A DNA stretch of 64,000 nt, taken from positions 29,591,141 through 29,655,140 of the forward strand of contig NC_068992.1 in NCBI RefSeq assembly GCF_001194135.2. The letters are read 5' to 3'. The notes beneath the pieces were generated by a model. It ran no database searches. It saw nothing but the letters and a program-made list of their open reading frames with translations, and had not been told where the DNA came from. Numbering within the stretch: position 1 is the first letter of the stretch; each line of letters opens with the position of its first letter. Both the position numbers and the translations under genes were made by a program. Of the stretch, positions 50,400 to 63,440 are shown one piece after another. Source of the DNA: Octopus bimaculoides. Its lineage: Eukaryota.

Positions 50400-50610
50400 A
50401 TGCCTTATTGGTTAGTTAAATCATTGGCGTAGAGCCATGCTGGAGTAACGCCGAATAAGGGGAACCAATGAAATCAATCTCAGTGCGTATTTAATTCTGT
50501 TACATATTCTAACATACAATTTTGCCGATCAGTGAAGTTACAGAAACATGAACCAACCAACGCCGGGTGTCAAGCGATGGGGGGAACAAGACAAACACAA
50601 AGACATACAT
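50400..50610 (-). mobile_element. Degenerate SINE family A 3' portion
   Basis: gccatgctggagtaacgcc…ttttgccgatc…gtgtcaagcgatgggggg…acaaacaca. Confidence 0.7.
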
Positions 50611-50645
50611 ACAAACATATATGTGCATACATACACTCACATACG

Positions 50646-50716
<71 letters not shown>

Positions 50717-51655
50717 CAAGTATTAAAAGTTGTCGTGGGTATGTAAAAACCAATCAGAAGGACAACATGAAACACGTAGGTAAAGTAAATTATCAAGTAT
50801 TACCTCTAAAATTTAAATATATACTCACACACAAAACGTCTTATATGTGTATTAAAATGCAAGCAGTTTCATATACATACACATCTATGTGTGTGTGTTT
50901 TTCTGTGTGTTAGTGTGTGTAATTTGTGTGGGAATATTGTAGTTTGCTTTATAGAGCTCGTCTACGAGTATCGGCTATCAGTTGCAGGTTCACAATGAAG
51001 GCGATCGTATTAAGGAAATTACAACCGGAAAACCATGAATATTCGTTGAGTATTAATAAAAATGCATAAATAGGAGGTGGTCTGGATTGAGAAAGCACGC
51101 CCTATTGCATAATAACACAACATTTTCATCTGCACTTTACCAACAGTTAATTAATGACATTATTTCATAACAAATATATTACATTTGTTGCATTGCATCA
51201 GTATATAAAGAAGGCACTTCAGGTTTGAACGGAAAATATTCGGCAAATTAAACCGAATTCCATAGAAGTTACCCATTCACATTAAAAGAAGTAGAAACAA
51301 ATATCTCCAGACCGTTAGTCACAATTACAGTTTAACCAGTCAATAAAATGAGTAAATGATGAAATAGAAATAATGAAAGTAAAGTAATAAACAAAACTAG
51401 GCACATAAACATTTAGAAAGATATATGTCATTTAACTTATCCTTGTGCACCTATCCCTAATAGCCGGTTGTCGCCAGGATGGCTATCACAACAGACCAGT
51501 CTAGTTTTGTTTTTCTTAATTGATAAAAACATGGATCTAAACCTTATCCGCCGTTTTATTACTCTCCAGTCATTATATTAGCATGATGTGTATTTACCGA
51601 AGATGTAAGCACAGAAGCAATCAAATCCATACACACGCACACACACACACACGCA

Positions 51656-51690
<35 letters not shown>

Positions 51691-51866
51691 NNNNNNNNNN
51701 NNNNNNNNNNNNNNNNNNNNNNNNNNNNNNNNNNNNNNNNNNNNNNNNNNNNNNNNNNNNNNNNNNNNNNNNNNNNNNNNNNNNNNNNNNNNNNNNNNNN
51801 NNNNNNNNNNNNNNNNNNNNNNNNNNNNNNNNNNNNNNNNNNNNNNNNNNNNNNNNNNNNNNNNNN

Positions 51867-51901
<35 letters not shown>

Positions 51902-52084
51902 GAATATTTAAACGAATGCACTTATATAAATATATATGCGCAAATGACACATAACAATATGCCAATAATTTGAATCTCTGCCACACCATATCTATGCAGA
52001 AGTGTATCCAATGCACAAAAATAGATACGTACCAACACACTCATACAGTCATATATCTATGTATATAATCATATACAACATATC

Positions 52085-52770
52085 TGTATATCATTTTACT
52101 ATGTATGTGCAATCTGGTAAGTGAGATCAGCTATACGGATGACAGAAAATTATCTCTCGCGGTCAGGAACCCTGATCTCGTACAAAAACTTGAAAATGAT
52201 CTGAACGCAAAACGTAAACGGGCTCATGAAAATAACATGCAATTCAATGCTGAAAAGTTCCAAGTACTCCATTATTGTCTCATAAAATCATATGACCGTG
52301 GGTTACAAATACACATAACCGCGGGGTAGTGCAATCCCTGTGTCAGATTCGGTACTTGACCCGGGAATCCACGGCAGGTATGCAAAATTGTATGTGCAGA
52401 TTACCAGAAAGGCAACACAATGCAGGTAAGTAGCTAGAGGGATTCTTAGACTATTCACAACCAGAAAATATATGATGCAAGTCCTCCCAAATGTAGTCAC
52501 TGCAGAGCATCAAACTGGTGGCGGAACTTGAGGCAATCCAGGGCCACTACAACGTGAACCCAGCTCGGTGGAACAGGTGTGCCACTGAGAGAAGCTAAAG
52601 TAATTGAAGCTCTACTCCCTAGAAATTAGGTGTGAAAGATATGTAGTGGTATACTTATGGAAGAGCCTGGAATGTCTTGCTCTCAACTTTTTAATTAAAA
52701 GCCCTAACAAGCATAGAATCCGACGGCGCTGCGTAGTACCAAAGATTTTGTCTGGTACGCCCCCATAGTT
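52085..52770 (+). mobile_element. CR1-clade LINE RT remnant
   Basis: ORF 52105-52329 SYTDDRKL…NDL…AHENNMQFNAEKFQVLHY resembles YADDTK…W…NxMxFNxxK. Downstream KLYSLE…ERY…YLWK is typical of the CR1 C-terminus. Confidence 0.8.
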
Positions 52771-52859
52771 ATTCGATGTTCAAAAACTAATTTTATAGAA
52801 ACTTCTTTCAAAATTCTTATTTTGTTTTTCTCACATTGAATTGTGTAATTTGAAAATTG

Positions 52860-52990
52860 TGAAAAGCAAAACGTATTCCGGGGACATTAAAATACTGTTG
52901 TAGATTGTAATTTACTATTTTGTTGTGAGGACCCCCAAAAATATTATATGCGCCATCAGGGGCCATGTTGACCCCGGTTGAGAACCAATG
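52860..52990. mobile_element. One-ended hAT-type MITE remnant
   Basis: GGTTGAGAACCAATG (52976-52990) is close to the reverse complement of the CAGTGGTTCTCAACC terminus of hAT/Charlie MITEs. No partner end was found. Confidence 0.45.
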
Positions 52991-53949
52991 ATTCTGAATA
53001 AAGACCCTGTAGTGCAAAAGCTTGTGTTTCAAGGGACCATATTCGGCCGAACAACCTCAGAGATTTGCGGGGTGTAGCTGTGGGGTTCCTCAAAACGTGT
53101 GTTGAGAATTTTTTTTTGTATCTGAGATACCAGATCAACCCACATCGCTGAAGTAAGCACAAAGATGAGCAGCTCCATCCAACTCGCTACTTCACTGGAT
53201 GCTGTACTGTAAAGGAACCCAAACATACTGAAAGGTGGCACTATTGCATTGCCGGTCTCGGCCTGTAGCTGAAACCAGTGTAAGATGAAAGATGAAACAC
53301 ACACACACACACACAAACACGCGCGCGCACATGCGTGTATAAATATGCATATACATAAATTATTTAATCCATGCTTGCATAATCCATACCCGCATAAAAG
53401 TTTCGTCAAACGAATCGTATGTCCTGTTTCGCTTATGATTCATTGGCGGCCATAGCTAAGTTTTGTAATTGCCCCATTCTTCGCCACACACATGCACACA
53501 CACATATACATTTATACTCATATGAACAGATATGTGAATATGTCGCGCGTGTGTCTATTTGTATACTTCGAAATATATGCATTTCATCTAATTCAAAATC
53601 ATTTGTTCCTTACATTCTTATGCTCATACACAGTTTCAGATAAACCAGGGCTCGCTGCGCATCTTATTTTCAACTCATCACTCAGCAACGTGGTCCATAA
53701 TAGCTATCAAGTTTCGTAGGAAATTACTTACAAAATTGTCCATTCTATTGTACATTTTGGAGTAGCCATAAATGCCTTTGCACAGGTCATACCGAAGTCA
53801 CCATATCTTCGATTTCTTTTTCTAATCACTATTGTCAATGGATGCTCTCTTTCCTTTCCTTTCTCTCCTTCGTTCTCTAGCTCTCTCTGCATATTTGCTG
53901 TGATCAGCACCGGCATAACTAAGATCACGACAGTTACCTGGCAACCCGG

Positions 53950-54390
53950 GCAGTTTAGCATACAATTCCATTTGGTCAACTAGATACGTTTGAGAAGTTC
54001 AAGTACGTAGAATATATTGCTGACAATACAGCAAACTGCAGGCATGAAATCAAAGTTTTGTTGATGCTAGATATTTACCGGTGAGGTCAATCAATTATTA
54101 GATATGGAGCGAGTGCATCCTTGGCAAAAGTATCGCTGTGAAACTTCCAGAAACTCTGGTCTGGCTAACAGAGTTGTGTAGTTATGACGCATAGATCCTG
54201 AGAGACTCGGAGATAAGACAAAAACAAAATATTTTTGACTACGTTTCAGGGACCAGACCATTATATCTACATTCTTAGGGTCTGCATGAACGGATAGCAA
54301 AGATGGAGTTAGAGTGAAGACATCAAAGACTTGACGGGAAGGAACCTCATGTGTGGCCAAAAGTGATGGTTATGCTCACTGACCTATAGC
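53950..54390 (+). mobile_element. Degenerate RTE-clade LINE remnant
   Basis: EKFKYVEYI…CRHEIK (~FKYLGS…EIKRR) followed by KLPETLVW…YDA (~LVxxxxLYGxE). Confidence 0.5.
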
Positions 54391-54418
54391 CATGGGGATG
54401 GGCATCGTCAATTCTTCC

Positions 54419-54857
54419 TTCCGTCTTTCCTTCCTTCCTTCCTTCCTTCCTTCCTTCCTCCCTTACTTCTTTCCTTCCTACTTTCCTTCCTTCCTCTCTT
54501 CTTTCCTTCCTTCCTTCTTTCCTTGCTTGCTTCCTTCCTTCTCTCCTTCTTACTTTCCTTCCTTCTTTCCCTCCTTCCTTCCTTCCTTCCTTCCTTCCTT
54601 CCTTCCTTGCTTGCTTCCTTCTCCCCTTCTTACTTTCCTTCCTTCTTTCCTACCTTTCTTCCTCCCTTACTTCTTTCCTTCCTTCCTTCCTTCCTTCCTT
54701 CCTCCCTTCCTTCCTACCTTTCTTCCTCCCTTATTTCCTTCCTTCCTTCCTTCCTTCCTTCCTTCTTTCCTTCCTTCCTCCCTCCCTTCCTTCCTTCCTT
54801 CCTTCCTTCCTCCCTTACTTCTTTCCTTCCTTCCTTCCTTCCTTCCTTCCTTCCTTC
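54419..54857. repeat. ~440-bp (TTCC)n polypyrimidine tract with higher-order subrepeats
   Basis: Directly visible. The block CCTTGCTTGCTTCCTT…CTTACTTTCC recurs near 54521 and 54606. Confidence 0.95.
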
Positions 54858-55479
54858 AGACATTCACTCATTCAGCCAGTCATACATACACGCTCATACG
54901 CAAACATGCCTCTCTTTCCCCAACTAGGTCTCGATCTGAATATCTTCGGTAACATTTCCATGCTCAATAGATACGACCGTAGCGTTCAGTAGCTTCTTCC
55001 GTCATCGTTGGTGTCTGTCCTTTTCAAATTTCTAAGTGGCATTATTTAATCTGCTCCTGTATTATAGACAGGCTACGATTCTGCTTGACGTCTGTACTAA
55101 GTTGACATTGCTTAAGTAGCTTATCCAAACGGATTACGAAATATTCTGCATCTGTCAATTATTTGCCTATGGTGCTGATGCCATTTATAAAATAGTTTTG
55201 AAGTTGTTGTGCAATGTACTTGCGATCTTTATTCCTTGAAAATAACTTCAGACATCTCTCATTATCAATTCCTTTGCCATCACGAGTAGGCAGTTGTGGA
55301 AAGAATACACCATTATGTTACCTGCCTTCAGTATGAAGCAGTTGATTGTCAGTATGTGAGTATGATTGTATGTTCGTGTTCAACTATTTGAATATTAATC
55401 CTAATTACCGGATGAGATGTCCTTTTGCAATTCCTGCTGTGATTTCTCTGTCTGTCTGTTTCGGTATATATATTTATAC

Positions 55480-55570
<91 letters not shown>

Positions 55571-57494
55571 AACACACATTCACACATTCACATACATATA
55601 TAAGGTTGAAAAGCCTGTTTTGAATAGAGGAAGTGGAAAGCTGTTCGTGGGATTCGAAATCATGTCTTCTGTTGACTTTGTACCAAAGCAGCCCATTGAA
55701 ATTATCTATCTATTTTAGAAACCTTGTCCTTACTAGCGAGAATCGTACTTTGTTGTCATAAGAATTTTATAATCTTTGGAGAGAACATGAAATAATTCTT
55801 TTACAGAATGTTGGCTCTCGTGCGCCGTATAATACCCTGTAGATATTGGATTTAATAGCCCTTTTGAGAGAAGGTTCACATAAAAAAGTTAGACGAATTG
55901 CTTTAGTATAGTTGTAATGAACCTGTCATGTCTACAGCAGATGTGCATTCGAATCACAATGGTAGCATTCGGTTTTTCTATATAAAAGGATTTTTGAACC
56001 CAATATTTACATGGTAACCTCTATAGCATTATATGAGCCTCGAGAGCCACTATTCGCAAACTTGATTAGTTTATGTTCACTTGAAATTTTATGAAATACT
56101 CATGACGCCTGCAATATACAGGCATGTACACATATTACACGTAAATGCTAACTTCACAAGCTAGAGTCTCTTTATGTGGAGGGTCACGTGTTACACGACT
56201 GCTCGGGAGACGTTTTAGAAATAAGAACATTTTCCAGATAACACTTGAATAAATCGATTCTATACGCTATATCATTTCACGTGATTATGACACGTAATGT
56301 ATAGGGCTGATGTAAGTATTTTCAGTACATTCCTACCCTCTTTCAATATGGTAGGAACTGATATCTTCGAGGAAAAAAAACGGAATTCTATAATGCATAC
56401 AATACACATGATTATGGTATTCGGTGAGACCTTAGATTCTAAAGAATAATAGAGAATAATAGAGAACTTGACAACTTTGTTTACTACCTAGCTACTGAGG
56501 TGTGGACTGGCTAAATAATAAAATAACAACCGCGAAGATAGAACATACACTGATGCACACGTACATTTATACATATGCGTATATGTTTATGTGAGCTAAA
56601 TATGTTATTTATATAGACATATATACATATATGTATACATGTATATGTTATATACACACAGTCATGCGTGCAGTAAGTTACCGCATAACTGATGCCACAA
56701 AACGTCTCTCAGAATCTATTGGTCAATCTCAAAATCTCTCAGAATCTATTGGTCAATCCATTATATTGTACTGAAGTATTGGAGGGAGACTATGTGAAAA
56801 CCAGCTTTCAAAACGACTCTGATAGACATGAGTAAAAATATAAGCAAAATATAAAATATTATTCGTGAGGTCACTGCCATATCATATACGAGCGATCATA
56901 TAGGAAATTAGATATAAAGAATTAATATGCTCAAATCATGCTTTTCTTGCACAATTGTTTGCATTGGATGCTATTTATTGCTGAGAAATACACAAGAATG
57001 TGTTCTTTCATACAGAAAACCAAACAGACTTACATATGCACTACCATAAACCCATATGTGGAATATTGATTTTGCTGCATATCATACAACATAGCGCAGG
57101 AAGTTATAAAATTATCTAGAAAATTCTTCATTTCCTGTTGTTGTGGTTGCCCCAATACAAGTTCAATGCTGCAATTTGTCTTGAAGTAGTAGAAGAGCTT
57201 AAAAATCATAAAATATTTCTATACAGAAAATAAGATACGTATATTTATATGCGATTGCTTGTGTAGACGCGCGCGCGCGCGTAGCGTGTGCATATGTATA
57301 TGCGTGTGAAAGAGAGATAGATGAGAGCTGGAGGGAAAGAGAAAGGAGAGAGATTTGAGAGAGAGGGAGAGAGGGAGAGAGTGAGTACTTGTATAGCTAT
57401 ACAAAACATGTATACCAAGTTTTGCAATCATGAAATCCCGGGTTCAATCACAATTCCTTGCAAATTTTTACTTTCAGATTCGCAAACTTATGAA

Positions 57495-57695
57495 GATTAA
57501 ATAAAAAAAAAAAATTGAGGCGTGAAATTTTGGTGTCGAGACTAAGTCGATTACATCAACACTAGGGTTTAGTTGCTAATTATTTTATCGAGGCCAAAAG
57601 GTTGAAAAGTAAATCGACCTCTGTGGAATTTGAACTCAGAAATGTTGCTAAGCATTTTCACCGGCATGTTAACGGTCCTATCTGGTCGTATCCTT
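57495..57695 (-). mobile_element. SINE family B, degenerate
   Basis: gtcgattacatcaac…ttttatcga…gtaaatcgacctc…gaatttgaactcaga…gctaagcattt. Confidence 0.75.
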
Positions 57696-58699
57696 AAGAT
57701 TGAATAAATAATACCAGTAATTCCTGAAGCAAAATCTTCATACATGATTCCATGCTGATTCCGTTTGGGGGGGGGGAATGGTTGTTTAATGCTTACCTGC
57801 CTACTCAATAATCAAATGGGTATTTGGTTAATGGAATTACGACAACATCCTCGTCAAAACGGACGTAACATAGGTCATGTGAGTGTATGTGCGCGTGTGT
57901 GCGCGCATGTGTATATTTAAAGGTCAATAATGTCAAAATTTAAATATTTTTTTACATCCCTTGCTAATTTTTCAGATTTTTTTTTTTGTAAGCACAAGCG
58001 ATTTCAGTCATTTTTATTTATGAATTGAAACAGAACTGTACTTTCGACGAGGCAGATATTTATTCCTGATTTTCAAATCACGTAAATCATTTTGTAGTAT
58101 CATTGATGCGACGGATTCTGTTATCTATTGCCAGGATTTAGTTATTTCTAGAAGGAATTCCTTTTTTATTTCAGTAGATGGAGTAATAGCTATGTAAAAA
58201 AGTGTAAGTTTATGAAACCTAGGGATTGGTAATAAAGATTTATTCTTTCTATCAGTGTGAATTATAACTACAGTAGCATGACGCTATGCCCATAATCAAA
58301 TAATTTAAATATTGCTGAAGCAAAGTGTGCAGTTTTAAATGGGTGTCATAAAGAATCAACAGCCGATTTCTAGAAGATGCCGAGCTTTAAATGACGGTAA
58401 TGTTTTGTTTGTTAGCTGTATTGCATTCAAATACATTTATTAGGCCGGCATATACAGTGAGAAACCACTTCAGCGTAAACTCCCATGTTCCCTAAATAAA
58501 TACTAATTTCTTAGTGAAGTTTGAACAATATTGTGAGTTAAAGGACACTAATTATTTACTCAAGGAGTAAAAGGCAGCACAACTGACAGAATAAGAAACA
58601 CAGAAAACGTGCTGTTATCTTATAACTCCATCCCACGCAACCTGGCTTCAATGAATTGCTTATTCTCTCACAATACATTCCCATTTCATTCTTCTGGTA

Positions 58700-59150
58700 G
58701 ATCACGCAAATTCTATACAATAAAGTTCCATTTATTTGTCGAAAGAATTACATTTATCCATGGTGAAACATGATATATTTTGTTGAAGAGTGAAGAGAAT
58801 AATTGAATGAAATTTGATGGCGGTTCAGCAGTTAATTCTTTCTTTATGTGACGTCCAAATGACATTATTTATTTGCTTATGTTGTACACATCATGATATT
58901 AATGTGGTGTATCCAGGTTACATTTATGATATACTGGCTGGTTAAACCAATAATATTCATCGATCTGTTTGCGTCTAATTTCTTCTGGTTATCCATCATC
59001 CTCGCTCCAAAATATTATTCGAGATTTTCGCCTCAAATACATTTCAGTTAAGAAATCGGATAAATGTTGCCATTACGAGTTATATTATTACATTTGAGAA
59101 CTGTCAGTGCTCCAGCTTCATTGGTTTTCAATATTATCACAGGAAGATTT
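58700..59150 (-). mobile_element. Degenerate RTE/RTE-X-like remnant
   Basis: Minus strand NILERG…KKLDANRSM…INVTWIHH resembles ILLYG…KKLDG…LNISWxxH. Heavily decayed. Confidence 0.4.
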
Positions 59151-59546
59151 AGATGCTTGAGACACCAGAACTATGGATTGAATACATTATCTATTCAGTT
59201 CCCTCTCTGAACAGGAAAAATAATGAAGACGTTGAGCTAATACAAGCAGTACTTCTGCCTAGAAGCCTCACAGTTTTTACATACATGTATACTTATTAAG
59301 TTCAATTCCTATTAAATGTGACTTAGTTTTTAATTCTTGTCAAGTAAGAGAAACATAATGTCATTAATACACTGAGGTGGGTTTAAGAGAATTTTTATTA
59401 ATTAGCTTAGTGCTTAAGCTAAAAACAATCTCCTCATGAACTTCCATAAAAAGTTTCGGAATATTTGCTTCTCCTTTTTATCATAGTCGCAGGTATATTG
59501 AGAAAGACTTGTCCTTACGAATATTTATATATTTGCACACACACAC

Positions 59547-59596
<50 letters not shown>

Positions 59597-61580
59597 CTGT
59601 TTTTATCTTCTAGTCTTTTTTACGAGATAATATTGTTCTTGAAGATCCGCAGAGGGTGAAATTTTTGTAAAGAAAAACATATGATATTTACCAGCTACTA
59701 TTTCTTTTTTCCTCCAAAGATCATTTTGATTTTATCTTACCATTTTAATGAAACTATACACTAGCTTTCAGAATATGTCAACATCGAATATTCTGCTCAG
59801 AATAAAATAACTCAACATACATATTCATAACAAATATTTTATAGAAGTAACAGGAAGAAAATAGAGTAATATCGGACAGAAACAACATTGAAATAGAAAT
59901 GGAAATTTCTCATCAGTTCAAAAGTAAGCATTTCATTACATTCTGGACCAATCAGTTCATATTTCTTATGAAGGAGATGTGAGATGAATTAAGATAAATA
60001 AGAATAAATTGTATTGAGAATTCCTATTGCTGAAAAGATACTACCGCATAACAGTAAAATTGAGGCCAACATACACGTCATAACGAGAAAAAAATATCAA
60101 CTTGGTTAAGAACAATTCAAAGTTGAGGTGAATTTTAATATTAGGTTAATATTATGTAAATCTGATTTTTGCAAGTGCAGTGACAAATTCGGAGAGCTTT
60201 CAGAAGTGTTAGTCACCATGAACAAAGTGTTACCTCATCCGTACTTTGTCAAAGTCCTACTATCATCCCAGCTGAACTAGGGACATTATTTCTGTTTACC
60301 TTAAAATATTTTAGCAATTTATTGCATATATCGCAAACTATCTACCTAACTCTAAGTTTGTATTACATATTTCAATATTCTTGCAGTCAATACGAAGCAC
60401 TATTCAATACCCATAAATCTCTCATTTCTCATTTTAACAAGAAATTTTTCAATGTAAAAAAAAAAAAAAAAGAATCAAACACAGTTCAATGCATGAACTA
60501 TTGCTCACATAAGATATATATTAGCTTAGCTTAGTTGAACAAACATTTCTGTTCTGTTTAAAGAAATGTTTTATTTGTTAGACTGAAATATTTTGAGTCA
60601 TATCAATGAAAAGCTTAGAACCTGAATACCAAACCTTAGCAAGTCGTTCCGATCTGATAAGAAGTGGAATGAATTTACAGAGTAACTTTTCACAAAAGGT
60701 TAAAAGTAAAGAAGACAGGAAAAAAATTCTGTATTACGTAAATGTGTAAAGGGGTGTGTGTGTGTGTTTCAGTGTGCGTACAACACTGTGTATGTGTATA
60801 TGTATATTTATATGCATTGGTAATGCATTTATTCTATATTCATATGTGTGCATGCCTATGTCTGGATGTTTGTGGGAAACCTACACATGCATATATACAT
60901 TTGTGTTTGTGTGTATATATACGAATACATACATAACATGCGCACATGCGCATACATACATACATACATACATATATATATGTATATNNNNNNNNNNNNN
61001 NNNNNNNNNNNNNNNNNNNNNNNNNNNNNNNNNNNNNNNNTATATATATATATATATATATATATTTACACATGTTTGAGTGTGTGTCTATAAACGTTTG
61101 GGTGGGTTCTGTTTATATGATTTACACATAAGGTGTAATTCTGTATCATATATATGCATATATGTATACATCTACACACACATATATATATGAAATATAT
61201 ACAAATACATATACATAGTCACCTCGTATATTTTACGTGAGTGTTGGTGTGTATAAGTGTTTGTTGTTGTATAGGTTGTGTGTGTCTCTCTGCGTGTGTG
61301 TCTGCATGTATGTGTGTCTATGTATCTATGTGTAGGGTGAATGTGCTTGTGTGTGCGCGCTTGTGTGTGCGCGCTTGTGTGTGTCCATGTGTGTGTGTGC
61401 GCGCTTGTGTGTGTGTGTATGTATGTATGTGTATAACTGCTCACATGAGTCAGAATTCTAGTCTATACTCTAACTCCCTAAATGCTCATCATAAATCGCT
61501 TCACTTAATTTCTCGTCTCTTGGTAATTTAGTACTTTTGTTTAATTTCTTCCAGAGCCACAAATAGCTCGGTTGTTCTGT

Positions 61581-61616
<36 letters not shown>

Positions 61617-62014
61617 CTCTCTTTTACTTTTTTACTTGTTTCAGTCATTTGACTGCGGCCATGCTGGAGCACCGCCTTTAGTCGAGCAAATCGTCCTCAG
61701 GACTTATTCTTTGCAAGCCTAGTACTTATACTATCGGTTTCTCTTGCCGAACCGCTAAGTTACGGGGACGTAAATACACCACCATCGGTTGTCAAGCAAT
61801 GTTGGGGGACAAACACAGACACACAAACATACACACACATATATATACATATATACGACAGGCTTCTTTTAGTTTCCGTCTAAGAAATCCACTCAAAAGG
61901 CTTTGGTCGGCTCGAGGCTATAGTAGAAGACACTTGCCCAAGGTGCCACGCAGTGTGAATGAACCCGAAACAATGTGGTTGGTAAGCAGGCTACTTACCA
62001 CACAGCCACTCCTG
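61617..62014 (-). mobile_element. SINE family A, full length
   Basis: Reverse complement of the 3495-3903 copy: ttttacttgtttcagtcatttgactgcggccatgctggagcaccgcc…cacagccactcctg. Confidence 0.92.
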
Positions 62015-62097
62015 TATATATATATAAAGACAGTTTGACAAGATTAAGTGGTTGTCCTGGAGGGGACGAGTGCGAGTGTTAGTGTTGNNNNNNNNNN

Positions 62098-62460
62098 CTT
62101 GCCGAACCGCTAAGTTACGGGGACGTAAATACACCACCATCGGTTGTCAAGCAATGTTGGGGGACAAACACAGACACACAAACATACACACACATATATA
62201 TACATATATACGACAGGCTTCTTTTAGTTTCCGTCTAAGAAATCCACTCAAAAGGCTTTGGTCGGCTCGAGGCTATAGTAGAAGACACTTGCCCAAGGTG
62301 CCACGCAGTGTGAATGAACCCGAAACAATGTGGTTGGTAAGCAGGCTACTTACCACACAGCCACTCCTGTATATATATATATGTATGTATATATATATAA
62401 AGACAGTTTGACAAGATTAAGTGGTTGTCCTGGAGGGGACGAGTGCGAGTGTTAGTGTTG
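62098..62460. repeat. Near-exact duplicate of 61743-62087 across a 10-N gap (probable assembly artefact)
   Basis: Identical apart from the length of a (TA) tract. The first copy ends at the gap and the second starts right after it. Confidence 0.85.
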
Positions 62461-62465
62461 CTTAG

Positions 62466-62940
62466 CCACAGGATACATCGTTTCCAGCTGGCTATACGGA
62501 GCAGTATCTGATCCTTATACTTTCGAAGAGGAGGTCAAGACACCTATCCAGCACAAAGTAACAACTGTGGAACGGTTTCTGTGTTATTGCACCTTATCAG
62601 CACAGTAGTCGCTCGGCTAGTGGTGTTGCTGAATTCCCGTTCGAAAATATTTAGTTTTCCAATTGACATACAGTTACTGATCTAATAAATAGAAACATTA
62701 TTATGTCTTACATCGGTGAATGTGTGACACTTTGTAAATTATATACTTTCGAACGGGAATACAGTAACACCACTAGCCAAGCAGCTACTCTGTGTTGATT
62801 AAGAGCAATAGTTGAGAAACCTGTCCACAGATGTTGCTTTGTGCTGGATGGGGGTGGTGGGGTGGGTGTACTACCTGATCAAAGATATAAGGAAACAAAC
62901 AATGTGCCGTAGAGCCAGCTGGAAACGACGTTTCCTGGGG
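62466..62940. mobile_element. piggyBac-like foldback MITE, 475 bp, ~185-bp imperfect TIRs
   Basis: Right end CCTGGGG|TTAA (62941-44), left end TTAG|CCACAGG. 62466-62650 is an imperfect reverse complement of 62741-62940 (TCGTTTCCAGCTGGCT, ATCCAGCACAAAG, GGCTAGTGGTGTT, ATTCCCGTTCGAAA). Confidence 0.8.
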
Positions 62941-63019
62941 TTAAACAGCTGTAACAATCATCACTTCCAGGACAGCCACATTATGTTGGCAAATAGTCTT
63001 TACTTTGAAGGATAGTTAC

Positions 63020-63069
<50 letters not shown>

Positions 63070-63072
<3 letters not shown>

Positions 63073-63169
63073 TTTTATTCTTTTATTCTTTTACTTGTTT
63101 CAGTGGGAGTGAACCCGGAACCATGTGGTTGGTAAGCAAGATACTTACCACATAGTCACTCCTGCGCCT
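63070..63169 (-). mobile_element. SINE family A with ~300-bp internal deletion
   Basis: The tail (cttttacttgtttcagt) is joined directly to the head (gggagtgaacccggaaccatgtgg…cctgcgcct) at a shared CAGT. Confidence 0.88.
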
Positions 63170-63374
63170 ATATATATAGGTTTTACAAATTATTTTTCCT
63201 GTTTTCCCGGTGATATTTATACTTATATTTTCCATCAGCTACCCCTACAATTCGCCTCCACGACCACTACCACGACCACCACTACGACTTCCACGACAAC
63301 GACGACGACGACGACCACCACCACCACCACCACCACCATCATCATCTTGACCAACAGAGTTCCCATCCTTTATA

Positions 63375-63440
<66 letters not shown>

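Noticed and set aside
50950-51300. Mariner transposase relic (RRWSGLRKHALLHNN ~ LLHDN)
   Set aside because: Single weak motif with no TIRs or YSPDL motif.
54950-55340. CR1 3' remnant on the minus strand (YFVIRLDKLL)
   Set aside because: Only one short resemblance, too degenerate.
57917-58390. Kolobok-like element (TTAA|AGG start)
   Set aside because: No matching inverted end.
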